Assembly (NCBI GenBank): GCA_963761335.1
Contig: CAVXGR010000015.1
Location: 352,001-416,000 of the forward strand
Direction: 5' to 3'
DNA: 64,000 nt
From: an uncultured delta proteobacterium
GTDB lineage: Bacteria > Desulfobacterota > Binatia > HRBIN30 > BPIQ01
Positions 9,710-20,293 of the stretch are shown in pieces. Numbering within the stretch: position 1 is the first letter of the stretch; each line of letters starts with the position of its first letter. The notes under the pieces were generated by a model. It searched no databases. It saw only the letters and a list, made by a program, of their open reading frames with translations, and was not told the DNA's origin. The position numbers and the translations under genes are program-made.

Positions 9710-11287
9710 CTAGCGCGTCAGCTCGTTGTCCAGGGAACGCTCGACGGATGCGAGATCGACCGGATAGACGGTGGCAAATGCCGTGTCGATGCTCTGGCCC
9801 TCGCCGAGCGCTGCGAGCAGCCGCGGGATCTTGCGGGCATCGTAGCGGTCGATGATGGCGGCGGTGATCAGGTAGCTCTGCGCGTAGGCCACGGGGGCGC
9901 GGCGGTCGGAGAGATGGATGAAGGTGTCGGCGAGCTCCGCCAGGGTGAACAGCCGTTGCCCGGCGATCTGCTGCATGGCCCAATCGCGGCGCTCGCCCGG
10001 CCAGGTCTCCTCCGACCAGATTGCCAGCCCCTCGTTCAGCCACGCCGGGCAGCGGCCGCGGCTCAGCGCCGCGATGATGCTGTGGGCGTACTCGTGACGG
10101 ACGATGCGGTCCAGAGCGTCGCTGTCGTCGCTGAGACCGCGCACCGGCAGCTTGATGCGGCCGTCATAGGCGGCGCCCGCCCAGCGCGGCGTCTGGGTGA
10201 TGTCGTGGAAGTCCTCCTCGGCGTAGAGGACCACCGAGGTCGGCTGCCGGGGGTAGTAGTCGAACTTGCGCCCCACCGACACGTAGGCGGCCTCGAGGCT
10301 GCGGAGGACGATGCGCGCCGCGGCGCGGTTCTCCTGGGCATCGAAACGGATCTCGAAGTTTCGGCTCTTCTCCTCGGTGAAATCCCACTCGGCGTCGACC
10401 TCGCGCGAGAGGCGCTGGATGCGGTCATCGAGGACGCCGGCGGGCACACCCGCTTCCCGGGCTCGCTGCAGCATTTCCAGGGCGCGCACGCGATCGTTGC
10501 TGCCCTCGTAGACCTCCGCCAGGGCGAGCAGCGTGCCGCCGTCGGCGGCGCCCATCTGCACGGCTTCCTCCAGGTAGCCGCGCGCCAGGCCCGGGTCGCC
10601 GGCCCGCAGGGTGGCGATCCCCAGGCCGGTCAGCACCTCCGGTTCCTTGCCGAATCCCAGGGCCTCGGCGAACAGCTGGCGCGCCTTCTCGACGTTGCCC
10701 GACTGCAGCTCGTGAACTCCCCAGTTGTTGAGGGTGACCTGCAGATTGTGCCGCACCGTCGCCTGCATCGGCTCCAGATCGAGGGCCTGGCGCAGCTTGG
10801 CGGCGGCGCGCTCGTACTCACCCCCGTCGCCGAGCTCGACGGCCTCTTGGTTGAGCGCCGCCGCCGGCCCCGCGGCGCCATTGCTGCCGAGAGGGTTCAA
10901 GCGCTCCACCGGCGCCAGCGGTGGCAACGCCTTCCCAGGGTGCGGCGGCAGCGCCAGCCAGGCGGAGAGGACCAGGCAGGCGGCGCCGAGGAGCAGCAGC
11001 GGCCGCGTCGCGGAGGAGCGCCCGGAAGACGGGGGCGAAGCCTCGGCGGACGGCGCACCCTCCGGCCGCGCCGTCACCTGGGCGCCGAGCAGCTCGAGGC
11101 GCTGCCGCATCACCGCGGCGCGGTCCGCCGAGATGCCGGCGTAGAGGCGGTGCGGCAGCGGCGCGTCGCGCTCCAGCGGCAGGTGTGGCTCGGCGCCGAC
11201 GCCGCCCGCCGCCAGAGCCTCGAGCACGCGTTCGCGGGCGACCTCGTTGCGAAAGCCGAGCAGGATGATGTCGAGCGGAGCGGTCAC
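9710..11287 (-). CDS. Membrane-anchored TPR protein with C-terminal peptidase MA-like metallopeptidase domain
   Basis: TM segment, TPR-like helices, HEYAH and PAWLNEGLA motifs. Confidence 0.82.
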   Translation of the reverse strand: MTAPLDIILLGFRNEVARERVLEALAAGGVGAEPHLPLERDAPLPHRLYAGISADRAAVMRQRLELLGAQVTARPEGAPSAEASPPSSGRSSATRPLLLLGAACLVLSAWLALPPHPGKALPPLAPVERLNPLGSNGAAGPAAALNQEAVELGDGGEYERAAAKLRQALDLEPMQATVRHNLQVTLNNWGVHELQSGNVEKARQLFAEALGFGKEPEVLTGLGIATLRAGDPGLARGYLEEAVQMGAADGGTLLALAEVYEGSNDRVRALEMLQRAREAGVPAGVLDDRIQRLSREVDAEWDFTEEKSRNFEIRFDAQENRAAARIVLRSLEAAYVSVGRKFDYYPRQPTSVVLYAEEDFHDITQTPRWAGAAYDGRIKLPVRGLSDDSDALDRIVRHEYAHSIIAALSRGRCPAWLNEGLAIWSEETWPGERRDWAMQQIAGQRLFTLAELADTFIHLSDRRAPVAYAQSYLITAAIIDRYDARKIPRLLAALGEGQSIDTAFATVYPVDLASVERSLDNELTR

Positions 11288-11463
11288 CTCGCCGGATTGT
11301 ACGCCAACCCGCGCCGCTGTTCACGCCGAAGCGCCCGGGAGCGCGGCCATCTTGGCCGCCTCTGTTCTTTGATACGACCCGCGGCCGGGCCGACCGCGCT
11401 CCCGGCAGTCCTCTTTTCTTGATGCGCCCGCAGTGTTAAGTCACACGCGTCCGCTCCGGGTGA

Positions 11464-11551
11464 GGAGAGGTGCGTGAGCCCGGTTGAAACGGCACGACTC
11501 GAAATCGTGTGACCCCTTGCGGGTCCGGGGGTTCGAATCCCCCCCTCTCCG
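11464..11551 (+). tRNA. tRNA-Ser(CGA), no encoded CCA
   Basis: GGAGAGG/CCTCTCC acceptor stem, CACGA-CTCGAAA-TCGTG anticodon arm, long variable arm, TTCGAAT loop. Confidence 0.95.
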
Positions 11552-11623
11552 CTTCCTTTTCGGGTACTTGGGGCATTTGGAGAAACCCGGGCGGGTGCCC
11601 CGGGTGTCCAAAAAGTGTCCAAT

Positions 11624-12165
11624 TCAGCCGAGCACCTTTCCCGCAAGGCGTTCGATCGAGCCGGTCTGCTCGCTCGGTATGAAGTGGGAATAGACGTCGA
11701 GCAGCGTCGACAGCCGGGCGTGCCCGCTGTACTTCTGCACCTCGGTCGGCGGCGTCCCCTGCGCGAGCAGCGCCGAGCAGAAGGAATGCCGCAGCGTGTG
11801 GACGTGGAAGCGGCCGTTGATCCCGGCCCGCTCCAACGCCGGACGCAGCACCTGCTGAAGAATCCGAGTCCGATGCTGCGGTAGGCCCGCTCGGGTCGGG
11901 AAGACGAGATCCAGATCTCCCTTGGGGCACTGGAGCCGCCATTTCTTCAGTGTCAACGCCAGTCCCGCGGGGCAGGGGATCTTTCGGTTGCCCCGCGTCC
12001 CGGTTTTCGTGTCGAAGAATTTCGCCCGCTTCGGTTCGCCCGGCAGCTTTGCCCATGAGAGCGAGCGGCGGACATGCACCGTACCGACCTCGAAATCCAC
12101 GTCTGACCACTTGAGAGCGAGCAGTTCATCGTGCCGCGCGCCGGTCATCACGGCCGTCATGAGGT
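11624..12165 (-). pseudogene. Tyrosine integrase, catalytic C-terminal half only
   Basis: TGARHDELLALKWSDVDF, HTLRH, GHA..STLLDVYSH; N-terminus replaced by the repeat starting at 12166. Confidence 0.88.
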
Positions 12166-12269
12166 GCGGATAGTCCGCATAAAGGCGCAATTTGACGAAA
12201 CGCCTCAATATCGGACGCCTCCCAGACGCCTCCCACCGTCTCGATAATCCTCCGGCGAACCGTATACGG
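12166..12269. repeat. ~100-bp direct repeat, probable IS91-like element end (copy 1)
   Basis: Near-identical to 17480-17573, with an extra 11-bp GACGCCTCCCA duplication. Confidence 0.8.
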
Positions 12270-12408
12270 CTGGATTCCGCCTTTTCACATTGACGACTTC
12301 GACGGCGCGAGCTAGAAAGGCCCCGCTCCGGCGAGGGAAAACGGAGCCGTGGCATGGCGAGGCGGTTGCGGCTTGCGAGCAGCCGACTTCTAGAAGGAGG
12401 CACTGAGC

Positions 12409-14037
12409 ATGACGCAGAGCATCACGGTGGGTCCGCAGCTTGGCCGTTCCTCGGCTGTAAGCCGGCGTTACGCTTTTTCCGTGACGTTCTTGGCGCTCCT
12501 GTTTCTGATCGCCCCGGCGCACGCGGCGACGACGACGTTCAGCATCACAGCTGGAGCAAACGACGGTGCCATCAATCACGCGGGCTCCGTCTATCCGCCG
12601 GGCCTCGGCGCCGGCCTGAACCCTACGAACTCGACGATGACCACCACCAAGGATTTGGTGACCGGCACGTACACCGTCAATGTCGGCGTGATGCGGTGGG
12701 ACACTTCGTCGCTGGATTCTTCCGCCATCATCACGGGCGTCGACCTGATCGTGGATGTCACGGCTCTGAGCAACAGCGACAATCGCAATCTCGTTTGCGA
12801 GTGGATGGTAGACGGAGCGCTGGGGAATGGCGACTGGACGGACCCCGTCGGTACGTCGGCGCTCAACATCGCCTTGTCGAGCTTGACGAACAGCACGATC
12901 AACACGCTGGCCTTGAGTGGCTTCAACGGCTCGCCGGGCGTGGACAAGGCAGGCTTTACGAAGCTGCGCTGCGGCATCAGTGGCGGTGCGCCTCCGGCGG
13001 GCCTGAATCGAGTGCAGTGGGCGACCCTCGAGCATACGACGCTCCAAGAGCCGCGGCTTGCCGTCACCTTTCAGCTCCCGACCGAAACGCCGACGGAGAC
13101 GCCTACCGCGACTCCCACAGAGACGCCCACGGCCACCCCGAGCGAAACTCCCACGGAAACCCCCACCGCCACCCCGAGCGAAACTCCCACGGAGACGCCC
13201 ACCGCCACCCCGAGCGAAACTCCCACGGAGACGCCCACCGCCACCCCGAGCGAAACTCCCACGGAGACGCCCACGGCCACCCCGAGCGAGACTCCCACGG
13301 AGACGCCCAGCGCCACCCCGAGCGAGACTCCCACGGAGACGCCCAGCGCCACCCCGAGCGACACTCCCACGGAGACACCGACGGCGACTCCGACCTCGAC
13401 GCCCACCGAGACGCCGACGGTGACTCCGACCTCGACGCCCACCGAGACGCCTACCGAGACGCCAACGGTGACGCCCACCTCGACGCCCACTGAGACGCCG
13501 ACGATCACCGCAACCGCTACGCCGACGCAGACGCCGACGATAACGAACACGGCGACGCCGACACAGACACCTACCGTCACGCCGACGTCAACGGACACCC
13601 CGTCGCCAACCCCCGCGGGGATCCAGATCACCGGCGGCGCCGAGCCTGGCTCGACGCGCATCTTCGGTGGGGGAGAGCCGAACCTGACGCAGGGATGTAT
13701 CCTGGTGTGCGAGCGGGGTCCGAACGATACTTTCGAGAACTGCGCGGGCGATGACGAGCCGCTCGGCACTGGAGGCACCAATGGGGCAGGGCAGTTCGTC
13801 GAGAGCTCGACTCCGGGCATCGGCCTGAACCGCCCCCTTCAGGTCGGTGATGTCGTCTGCGCTTACGATTCCTGTGAGACGATGACCGGATTCTGCGCCG
13901 GTGTCTTCGGTCCGATGCCGGCGCCTGCGTTGTCCGCACGAGCCCTTCTCTTCGCCCTCGGACTGCTCGGCCTCACAGGCTGGCTCAGCCTGCGGAGGTC
14001 GCGCCGTCAGGCGATCCACAGGCCCCCCGGCTCATGA
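12409..14037 (+). CDS. Secreted/surface protein with long Pro-Thr linker and C-terminal sorting-like tail
   Basis: GGAGG RBS, signal peptide ending AHA, ([12 protein letters not shown])n, tail PAPALS-TM-RRSRR. Confidence 0.85.
   Translation: MTQSITVGPQLGRSSAVSRRYAFSVTFLALLFLIAPAHAATTTFSITAGANDGAINHAGSVYPPGLGAGLNPTNSTMTTTKDLVTGTYTVNVGVMRWDTSSLDSSAIITGVDLIVDVTALSNSDNRNLVCEWMVDGALGNGDWTDPVGTSALNIALSSLTNSTINTLALSGFNGSPGVDKAGFTKLRCGISGGAPPAGLNRVQWATLEHTTLQEPRLAVTFQLPTETPTETPTATPTETPTATPSETPTETPTATPSETPTETPTATPSETPTETPTATPSETPTETPTATPSETPTETPSATPSETPTETPSATPSDTPTETPTATPTSTPTETPTVTPTSTPTETPTETPTVTPTSTPTETPTITATATPTQTPTITNTATPTQTPTVTPTSTDTPSPTPAGIQITGGAEPGSTRIFGGGEPNLTQGCILVCERGPNDTFENCAGDDEPLGTGGTNGAGQFVESSTPGIGLNRPLQVGDVVCAYDSCETMTGFCAGVFGPMPAPALSARALLFALGLLGLTGWLSLRRSRRQAIHRPPGS
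13075..13610 (+). repeat. Coding tandem repeat (36-bp core unit) encoding the PT linker
   Basis: Repeated ACGGAGACGCCCACCGCCACCCCGAGCGAAACTCCC units, degenerating 3'. Confidence 0.9.
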
Positions 14038-14199
14038 TCCGCCGGGCCCCGGGGCTCACGCCCCGGGGCCCGGCCCCTTCGGCGGCGCTGCCGGTCCGCC
14101 CAGCCCCGACGTCCGGGAGCGGCAGTAGCGGATCAACGCGAGCTTTCGCTTGCGCCCTGGAATCGGAGGCCATGCCTCCCTGTGCGTCGCGCCGAGGCA

Positions 14200-14576
14200 T
14201 GGCCTGGCATTCCAGGGCGGGAGCACTTCCGGGTTCTCCGACGATGGCACGCTGGCGTACCGAACCCTGGGCGCCGAGGCGGTGCTCGCCGTCGGCGTTC
14301 TCCCCGGAGACGCGACCTGCGACGGGTCGCTCACAGCGGCAGATCTGGTGGAGCTGATCGCTCTGCTTGCCGATCCCGAGCGGCCGAGCTGTGGCCTCGA
14401 GGATGTCGACGAGGACGGAGCGCTCGACGGCGAAGACGCCGAGGCCTGGTCTTGTCGGCGGGGCTGCGCGGCGAGACGAACCACGAGAAGCGCAGCTCCG
14501 CCGCGCGCTCGAGCTGTTCACTCGGATGGGCGCCACGGGCCGAGCCGCCCGCCTCGCCCGCGAGCTTGGGAGCTAA
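14200..14576 (+). pseudogene. Fused gene fragments: dockerin/EF-hand-like repeat, then a helical C-terminal remnant
   Basis: GDATCDGSLTAADL..DVDEDGALDGED, then in another frame LRRALELFTRMGATGRAARLARELGS*. Confidence 0.45.
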
Positions 14577-14664
14577 GCTCCCCCGTGCGGTGTCCCGTAC
14601 GGTTGCACATGCCTTCCTTCATGGACCATCATGCATGGACCATCATGATGCGGAGGGGGAGGAC

Positions 14665-14961
14665 ATGGCCGGATATTTGATTGCCAATTACCGCATTACC
14701 AACCCGGACGCTTACCGAGCCTACCCGCCGGCAGTGTTGCCTACGCTCGCGGCGCACGGCGCCGAGGTGCTGGTTGCCGACTACGCTAGCGTTCCCGTTG
14801 AAGGTAATCCGTCCGCTGTGACGATCGTGGTCAGGTTCCCGTCGAAAGAGGCGGCGCGGGCGTGGTACGACTCCCCCGAATATCGGAAGATCATCGGCCT
14901 CCGCACCGACAACAGCGAAGGGATAGTCGTCTTTACGGACGAGTTCGTCATGCCGCAATGA
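14665..14961 (+). CDS. DUF1330 family protein
   Basis: GGAGG RBS; MAGYLIANY, VVRFPSKEAARAWYDSPEY. Confidence 0.88.
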   Translation: MAGYLIANYRITNPDAYRAYPPAVLPTLAAHGAEVLVADYASVPVEGNPSAVTIVVRFPSKEAARAWYDSPEYRKIIGLRTDNSEGIVVFTDEFVMPQ

Positions 14962-14972
14962 GTCGGTGCTAG

Positions 14973-15488
14973 GGATCTAGCACATGCAGTGCACTCATTC
15001 GGGATGATACGATTTCAGGATATCGCGCCGGCCTCCTGATTTCCAGCACCGGTTCCTCAAGTAACACAATCGTTGCTGACAGCCTACTCTCCGATAATAC
15101 CATCAATATCGATGCCGACGGCGATACGATTGCCACGATCGTATCCAGCGTCGTCCTTGGAGGTGAGACTGGAATATTGATTCGGGAGAATGCGGCAGTG
15201 ACAGTCCGGAACAGCTCGATCCGCAACAACCGCATCGGAATAGACGTGCAAAGTATCCATGCTGATCTGGGAACCGTCGGCAATAATGGTAGCAATACCA
15301 TAATGCATTCCACGTGCGTAAACATCTGGAACCAAACTACTGGCCGGATACCTGCCGTCGGTAATGCGATCGACGCGCGGAAGCGTACTGTTCAGGACAA
15401 CAAGAACCCGTCCGACACGACTATGAACATCGCGAATGAATTCTACCCGAACGGGTGTATCGACCTGACTGGTCATGTGTGCCCTTGA
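14973..15488 (+). pseudogene. Low-GC 3' fragment of a parallel beta-helix protein
   Basis: Frame open from 14973 with no start codon until TTG 15177; N/I/G-rich repeats, DLGTVGNNGSN; visibly AT-richer than flanks. Confidence 0.55.
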
Positions 15489-15967
15489 TTCTCTGGGATT
15501 ATTGTCGTCGCCGAGGCGGCGCCGGCGGAAATTCCGGGAATGTCTCCGCCCGGCTGCCGGCCGTTCCAGACGCACGCGGCGACGACGCCGTCCGGCCGCG
15601 TCACGCGGGCCATCTCGGCGACGCCGGCAACCGCATCCGTCATGAAGTGCACCACCAGCTGCGCGAGCGCCGCGTCGAAGGCGTTGTCCGGGAACGGAAG
15701 CTCCTCCGCGGCCGCGAGCCGGATGTCCACCCCTGGATGTCGCTGGCGGGCCGCCGTGACGAATGGCTCGGAAGGGTCGGCGGCCGCGACTGCGTTCGCC
15801 CCGAGACGGCGGACGAGCTCCGCCACGAGCGCGCCCGGCCCGCAGCCGACGTCGAGGACCCGGTGTCCGGGCTCGATCCCCGCGAAGGCGGCGAACCCCG
15901 AGGCGAGCTGCATCGAGTAGCGGCCCATGAAGGCGTCGTAGGCCTCAGCGGGGACGGCGAAGCTCAT
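15473..15967 (-). pseudogene. Class I SAM-dependent methyltransferase, probably 3'-truncated near 15565
   Basis: AYDAFMGRYS, VLDVGCGPG, AEELPFPD..FD; similarity ends after VAACVW. Confidence 0.75.
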
Positions 15968-16471
15968 CGCGGTAGCACCGGCAGCCGGCGCACCAGCTCG
16001 GCTGGCGACAGGATGAATCCGCGCAGCGGCAGCCGCAGCAGGAAGGCCAGCTCGTGCGGATAGGTGCCGCGGCCTCGGGCTCGGCGCCATACATCGCGCC
16101 AGTGGGAAGAGTTCGGGGGCATGCACCACTGTCGCAAGGCGACCATGGCCGGGCAAGCGGTCGAGGCCAGGACGCCGGCAAGTTGCGTCGGTGACCGTCT
16201 GTCCACCGGCCCGAGTTGCCGCGCGCCAGCGGTGCGGCTCGGGCCTCGGTGGTCCGTGGGGGCGGCCGGCGGGCGGCGGACCGGCCGGGCTCCGGGCCAT
16301 TTGTGCGTCCTCGGTCCTCGGGCCCCCCAGGGGCGGGGGGCAGCGCGGCCGAGGGCTGCGCGCGGCGCTTGTGGCTAAATTCAGCCGGGAGAGCCGTCGG
16401 CGGCTGAGGCGCGTCGCGGCCTCCGGCCCGAATTCTTTCGTAGCGAAACATGGCGCCAAGCACCAGGGGGT

Positions 16472-17071
16472 TTACGCCTTCGACGCTCTTCTCCAAGCTC
16501 TGCCGATTGCATCCGCTACGTCCGCGTCTAAGGGTAGCACTGAGCCAGGCCGAATGCGCTTGGCGTAGCCGAGCTGCTTCATTAGGCGCTGGAATCTGCC
16601 CCAGGAGAGCTCTTCGTCGGACCCGGTTGGTTCGCCTAGATAAAAGCGGATCCATTTTGTTGTCCTTTGCTTCAGAAGCACGGGGGCGGCCGGGAGTACG
16701 CAACTCGGACGCTTGGCCTTGTTGCTTCTCCAGATTCTGATGAGGGAATCGCCCGCACGGCACTCTCTCGCACACCGTGACCGTGTGCCCCAGTAGACCC
16801 ACGCCGGTTCAAAGTCGGGAGCATCTTGTTTTGAGCGGACGGTCTCCACGGCCCTCGCGATCATTCTCGCTTCTGCCGGCGACGCTTCGCAAACCATTTC
16901 GCGAATCCCTACAAGCCATGTGCGGTTGCCCAGATGCGAAACCCTCGGCTTGCCCCGTCGTCGAACGCCAACGTGAGGCCGACCCCCACGACGTACAACT
17001 GTGATTTGAGACAGCTTTGCGAGCTCCTTGGCTGTGAGAGCTTGAGATTGTTCAACCAATTGCTCGATCAG
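16472..17071 (-). pseudogene. Hypothetical protein, 5' part lost at the IS21 end
   Basis: Open frame with lower GC that runs up to the IS21 terminal TG at 17072. Confidence 0.55.
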
Positions 17072-17479
17072 TGCCTCGGTGGACACCCAAAAGCGGCCAT
17101 AGATGGACACCTGAAAAGCGGCCATAGGAGAGAGCGCTCGGGACGTTGACGAAGCCGAGGGGAAGCGATTCCCCCGGCGGGATGGGCAACGTCTTGAGTA
17201 GAGAGAAGAGGCAGCAGGTCATAGCGCTGGGGCGGCTTGAATGGACGCTGCGGCGCATTGAGGAAGCGACTGGGGTACGCCGCGAGACGGCGAGCGGCTA
17301 CCTGAAGGCGGCGGGCATTGAGGTTCGGCGACCGGGCCGGTGGGGACACCCGCCGCCGGCAAATCCGGCCATAGAGACGTCCACCGACCCGCCGACGTCG
17401 ACGGAGCCGGGCCCGGAGGCAAAACCGGCCATAGAGGTGTCCACCGACTCTGCGGTCTCTGCGGAGGCAGCGAAGTCGA
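17072..17479 (+). mobile_element. istA: IS21-family left end with truncated istA (ATG 17182)
   Basis: Terminal TG, tandem TGGACACC..AAAAGCGGCCATAG repeats, N-terminal HTH LRRIEEATGVRRETASGYLK. Confidence 0.75.
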
Positions 17480-17573
17480 GCGGATAGTCCGCATAAAGGC
17501 GCAATTTGACGAAACGCCTCAATATCGGACGCCTCCCACCGTCGCGATAATCCTCCGGCGGACCCATATACGG
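17480..17573. repeat. Probable IS91-like element end (copy 2), downstream of the transposase stop
   Basis: Direct repeat of 12166-12269; truncates istA. Confidence 0.8.
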
Positions 17574-17692
17574 GGCGAACAAACCGGCTGTCAAGGGCTG
17601 CGACCACCCGGCCGCGGCCTCCCGCGTAGCCATTTGGCGTCCCGGCGTCGCGGCCCCAGGGCGCTCGGCGTATCCCCGCGCCGGGGCGCCGA

Positions 17693-17920
17693 TCAATCCG
17701 CGAGCCAATCGGGAGGCTCGAGGCCGGGTAGGTATCCGGACGTACGCGCCGGCGCCGGGCTGGGGAAAACGACGGGCAGCTCCAGATGGCGGAGGATCTT
17801 CTCGACCACCGCCGGCCCCGCACGCCGGAAGCCTCTGGCGGGCGTGTCCTCGATCGTCGCCAGAAATCGCAGCCGCCCGCCGCAGTCCGGGCAAGCGAGA
17901 ACATCGATCTCGAAGGAACG
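17693..17920 (-). pseudogene. IS91-family transposase, C-terminal fragment
   Basis: FEIDVLACPDCGGRLRFLATIED...VVEKILRHL. Confidence 0.85.
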
Positions 17921-17924
17921 CTTC

Positions 17925-19988
17925 TCATACTGCACCTCCCGCAGTGGAAGTGACTATCGCGTCGGATGATCGATTGGCTTTCGGCAGAATAGACTCCGGT
18001 GGCCAGTATAGCCACTCGCCGTGGTCGTTGCAGATGCGAGCCTGGACACGACCCTGTTGTCGCCAGCGGGTGAGGGCGGTCCTGCCGATGCCGAGCTCGG
18101 CGCAGAGCTGCCTCCTGGTCATCATGCCCGCTTCGAGCAGGCGCTCCTTGAGGCTCTTGAGCTTGGCGGAGAAGCGCACCCACTGGACGCTCGCCGGATC
18201 GAACGCGTCTCCCGCGCCCGTGCGAAGCCCGCGCTCGTTGAGGAGATGGGCCACCTGAGCGTCGCTGTACTCGTCGAGCAGACGATCGATCTCCTGGCGC
18301 ACGTTGGCATGCGTGGCCCGCTGCTGCTGAGCCGTGAGCGGGCGAGGCAGCGTCAAGGTGGTGGTGGCGCCGCCACGGAATCTGACGGCGGCGGTGATCT
18401 GGCGCTGCTTGAGCAAGGTGACGTCCTCGATCACGAGCGCGAGCATGCGCTTGCGCTCCCGCACCGCCGTGTGGGGGTCGCGCCACACGGCGGGGAAGTC
18501 GGTGGCGAGGTCCAGGATACGCTGGCGTTCCTGCTGGTCGACGATCAGCCGATCGGCGGCGCGCTGGCGCTCGTAAACCTCCCGCGCCTCGCCGAGTGCG
18601 CGCAGCTTCGCGTTCCAGTCGGCCTCCAGCGAGCTAGCGACAAGTCGGTTGGCTGCGTCCACCTGCAGGTAGCGGTGGCGGGCGCGGTCGACCTCGTACT
18701 CGGCCCGTTCGACCTGGCGGTGGCGGAGGCGATCGGCCTCATCGAAACGCGTGACGATCTCCTGCTGAATGGCGAGCGCCAGCTCAAGGGCCATCGGCGT
18801 GACGGTCTCGACCACGAGGGTGGCGATGGCGGCATCGATCTCGGTGCCGAGCATGCTCTGGCACGGCGGATCGGCGAAGAGTCTGCCGCGGCCGAAGCAC
18901 ACGTAGTTCGTGATGACAGCGCCGCTGCGACGCGTGTTGTAGTGCACGTGCATGCGGCTGCCGCACAGGCCGCAGACGGCTCGGCCCTGCAGCAACGCCG
19001 GACCTTCGCGCGGCGGTCCGCCGCTGCGCTCGTAGCCCATCGCCTTGGCCGAGGCACGGAGCTGCTCGCCGATGCGCTCGTGCTCCCGCCATGAGATGTA
19101 GGCCGGGTGGGCATCGCGAATCAGCACGTGCCACTGCTCCGGTGGCAGCCGTTCGTGCCGCGTGCGCCCGTCTGGCTTCTTGCGCCAGCGTCCCCGGCCG
19201 TAGGCATAGGCGCCGGCGTACCACGGGTTGTGGAGCGCGATGGAGGCGCGGCTGATCGACAGCGGTCCCCAAGCCAGCTCCCCCTTGTGCGCGCCGGCGG
19301 CCACGCGCGTAGGGAACAGCAGACCTTGCTGCCGGAAGTGCCGCACCGTCGCACAGAGCGTGCCGGTGCGCGCGAAGGTCTCGAACAGCAGGCGCACGCT
19401 CTCCTGTACCTGGGTGTCCGGGTCGAAGATGACCTGCCCGGCGGCGTCGTACACCAAGCCCACCGGCAGCCGACAGCGCAGCTCACCCCGCCGCGCCTTG
19501 CTGAGGATGCCGCCCCGCAGGCGCGCCCGCAGGACGTGGAGCTCCGCCTCGCTCATCGTCCCCTTGAGCCCGAGCAGCAGGCGGTCGTTGAAATCGGCGG
19601 GATCGTAGACGCCGTCCTCGTCGAGGATCAGCGTGTCGGCGAGCGCACAGATCTCGAGGAGCCGGTGCCAGTCCGTCGAGTTGCGCGCCAGTCGCGACAC
19701 CTCCAGCCCCAGCACGATGCCGGCGCGTCCCATGCCGACCTCGGCCACCAGCTTCTGGAAGCCCGCGCGGTCCACCGCGGAGGCGCCCGACTGGCCGAGA
19801 TCCGAGTCGATAACGATGACCTGCTCCCTCGGCCACCCCAGCGCCACCGCGCGCTGGCTGAGTGCGTACTGGCGCTGGGTGCTCTCGGTGTTCTCGAACA
19901 CCTGGCGCACGGTCGACTGACGTACGTAGAGGTAAGCACCGCGCGCCAGATGACGGGCGGTGACCTTCTGCCGCGCTTCATTGCTCAT
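17925..19988 (-). CDS. Large serine recombinase (687 aa)
   Basis: YVRQST catalytic motif, DLGQSG, EVSRLAR, recombinase domain, CGLCG zinc ribbon, coiled coil, C-terminal HTH-like region. Confidence 0.93.
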   Translation of the reverse strand: MSNEARQKVTARHLARGAYLYVRQSTVRQVFENTESTQRQYALSQRAVALGWPREQVIVIDSDLGQSGASAVDRAGFQKLVAEVGMGRAGIVLGLEVSRLARNSTDWHRLLEICALADTLILDEDGVYDPADFNDRLLLGLKGTMSEAELHVLRARLRGGILSKARRGELRCRLPVGLVYDAAGQVIFDPDTQVQESVRLLFETFARTGTLCATVRHFRQQGLLFPTRVAAGAHKGELAWGPLSISRASIALHNPWYAGAYAYGRGRWRKKPDGRTRHERLPPEQWHVLIRDAHPAYISWREHERIGEQLRASAKAMGYERSGGPPREGPALLQGRAVCGLCGSRMHVHYNTRRSGAVITNYVCFGRGRLFADPPCQSMLGTEIDAAIATLVVETVTPMALELALAIQQEIVTRFDEADRLRHRQVERAEYEVDRARHRYLQVDAANRLVASSLEADWNAKLRALGEAREVYERQRAADRLIVDQQERQRILDLATDFPAVWRDPHTAVRERKRMLALVIEDVTLLKQRQITAAVRFRGGATTTLTLPRPLTAQQQRATHANVRQEIDRLLDEYSDAQVAHLLNERGLRTGAGDAFDPASVQWVRFSAKLKSLKERLLEAGMMTRRQLCAELGIGRTALTRWRQQGRVQARICNDHGEWLYWPPESILPKANRSSDAIVTSTAGGAV

Positions 19989-20293
19989 CGACGACACCCC
20001 TCCTCTCCGTTTGACATCGCCATGCTGGCCAGCACGCGAACCAGGCCCGCGTGGAGAGCGTCGGCGGCAAGCGCCGCCCCCACCACGGACGGCTCGCGCG
20101 CCGCCACCGGTGCCGCCGCGACGACACCACCGGTGTGTTGCTCGATCCAAGCGGCGATCCCTTCTCGCACCAGCAACAGCAGTGCGCTGCGATCGCCCAC
20201 GACCGCCGCGCCCAAAAGCATGTGGCGGCGCAGCTGCTCGTACGCTGCCACGGGCGCATCGGCTGCCCCGTTCGCCGCCTCGGTGCCGCTCAG
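19985..20293 (-). CDS. Small accessory ORF of the recombinase element (start unclear; possibly reached by frameshift)
   Basis: AYEQLRR..LLLLVREGIAAW; stop overlaps the recombinase ATG. Confidence 0.6.
   Translation of the reverse strand: MSGTEAANGAADAPVAAYEQLRRHMLLGAAVVGDRSALLLLVREGIAAWIEQHTGGVVAAAPVAAREPSVVGAALAADALHAGLVRVLASMAMSNGEEGCRR

Noticed and set aside
13075..13610. 36-bp periodic repeat as a CRISPR array
   Set aside because: No unique spacers, it encodes an in-frame PT linker, and there are no cas genes
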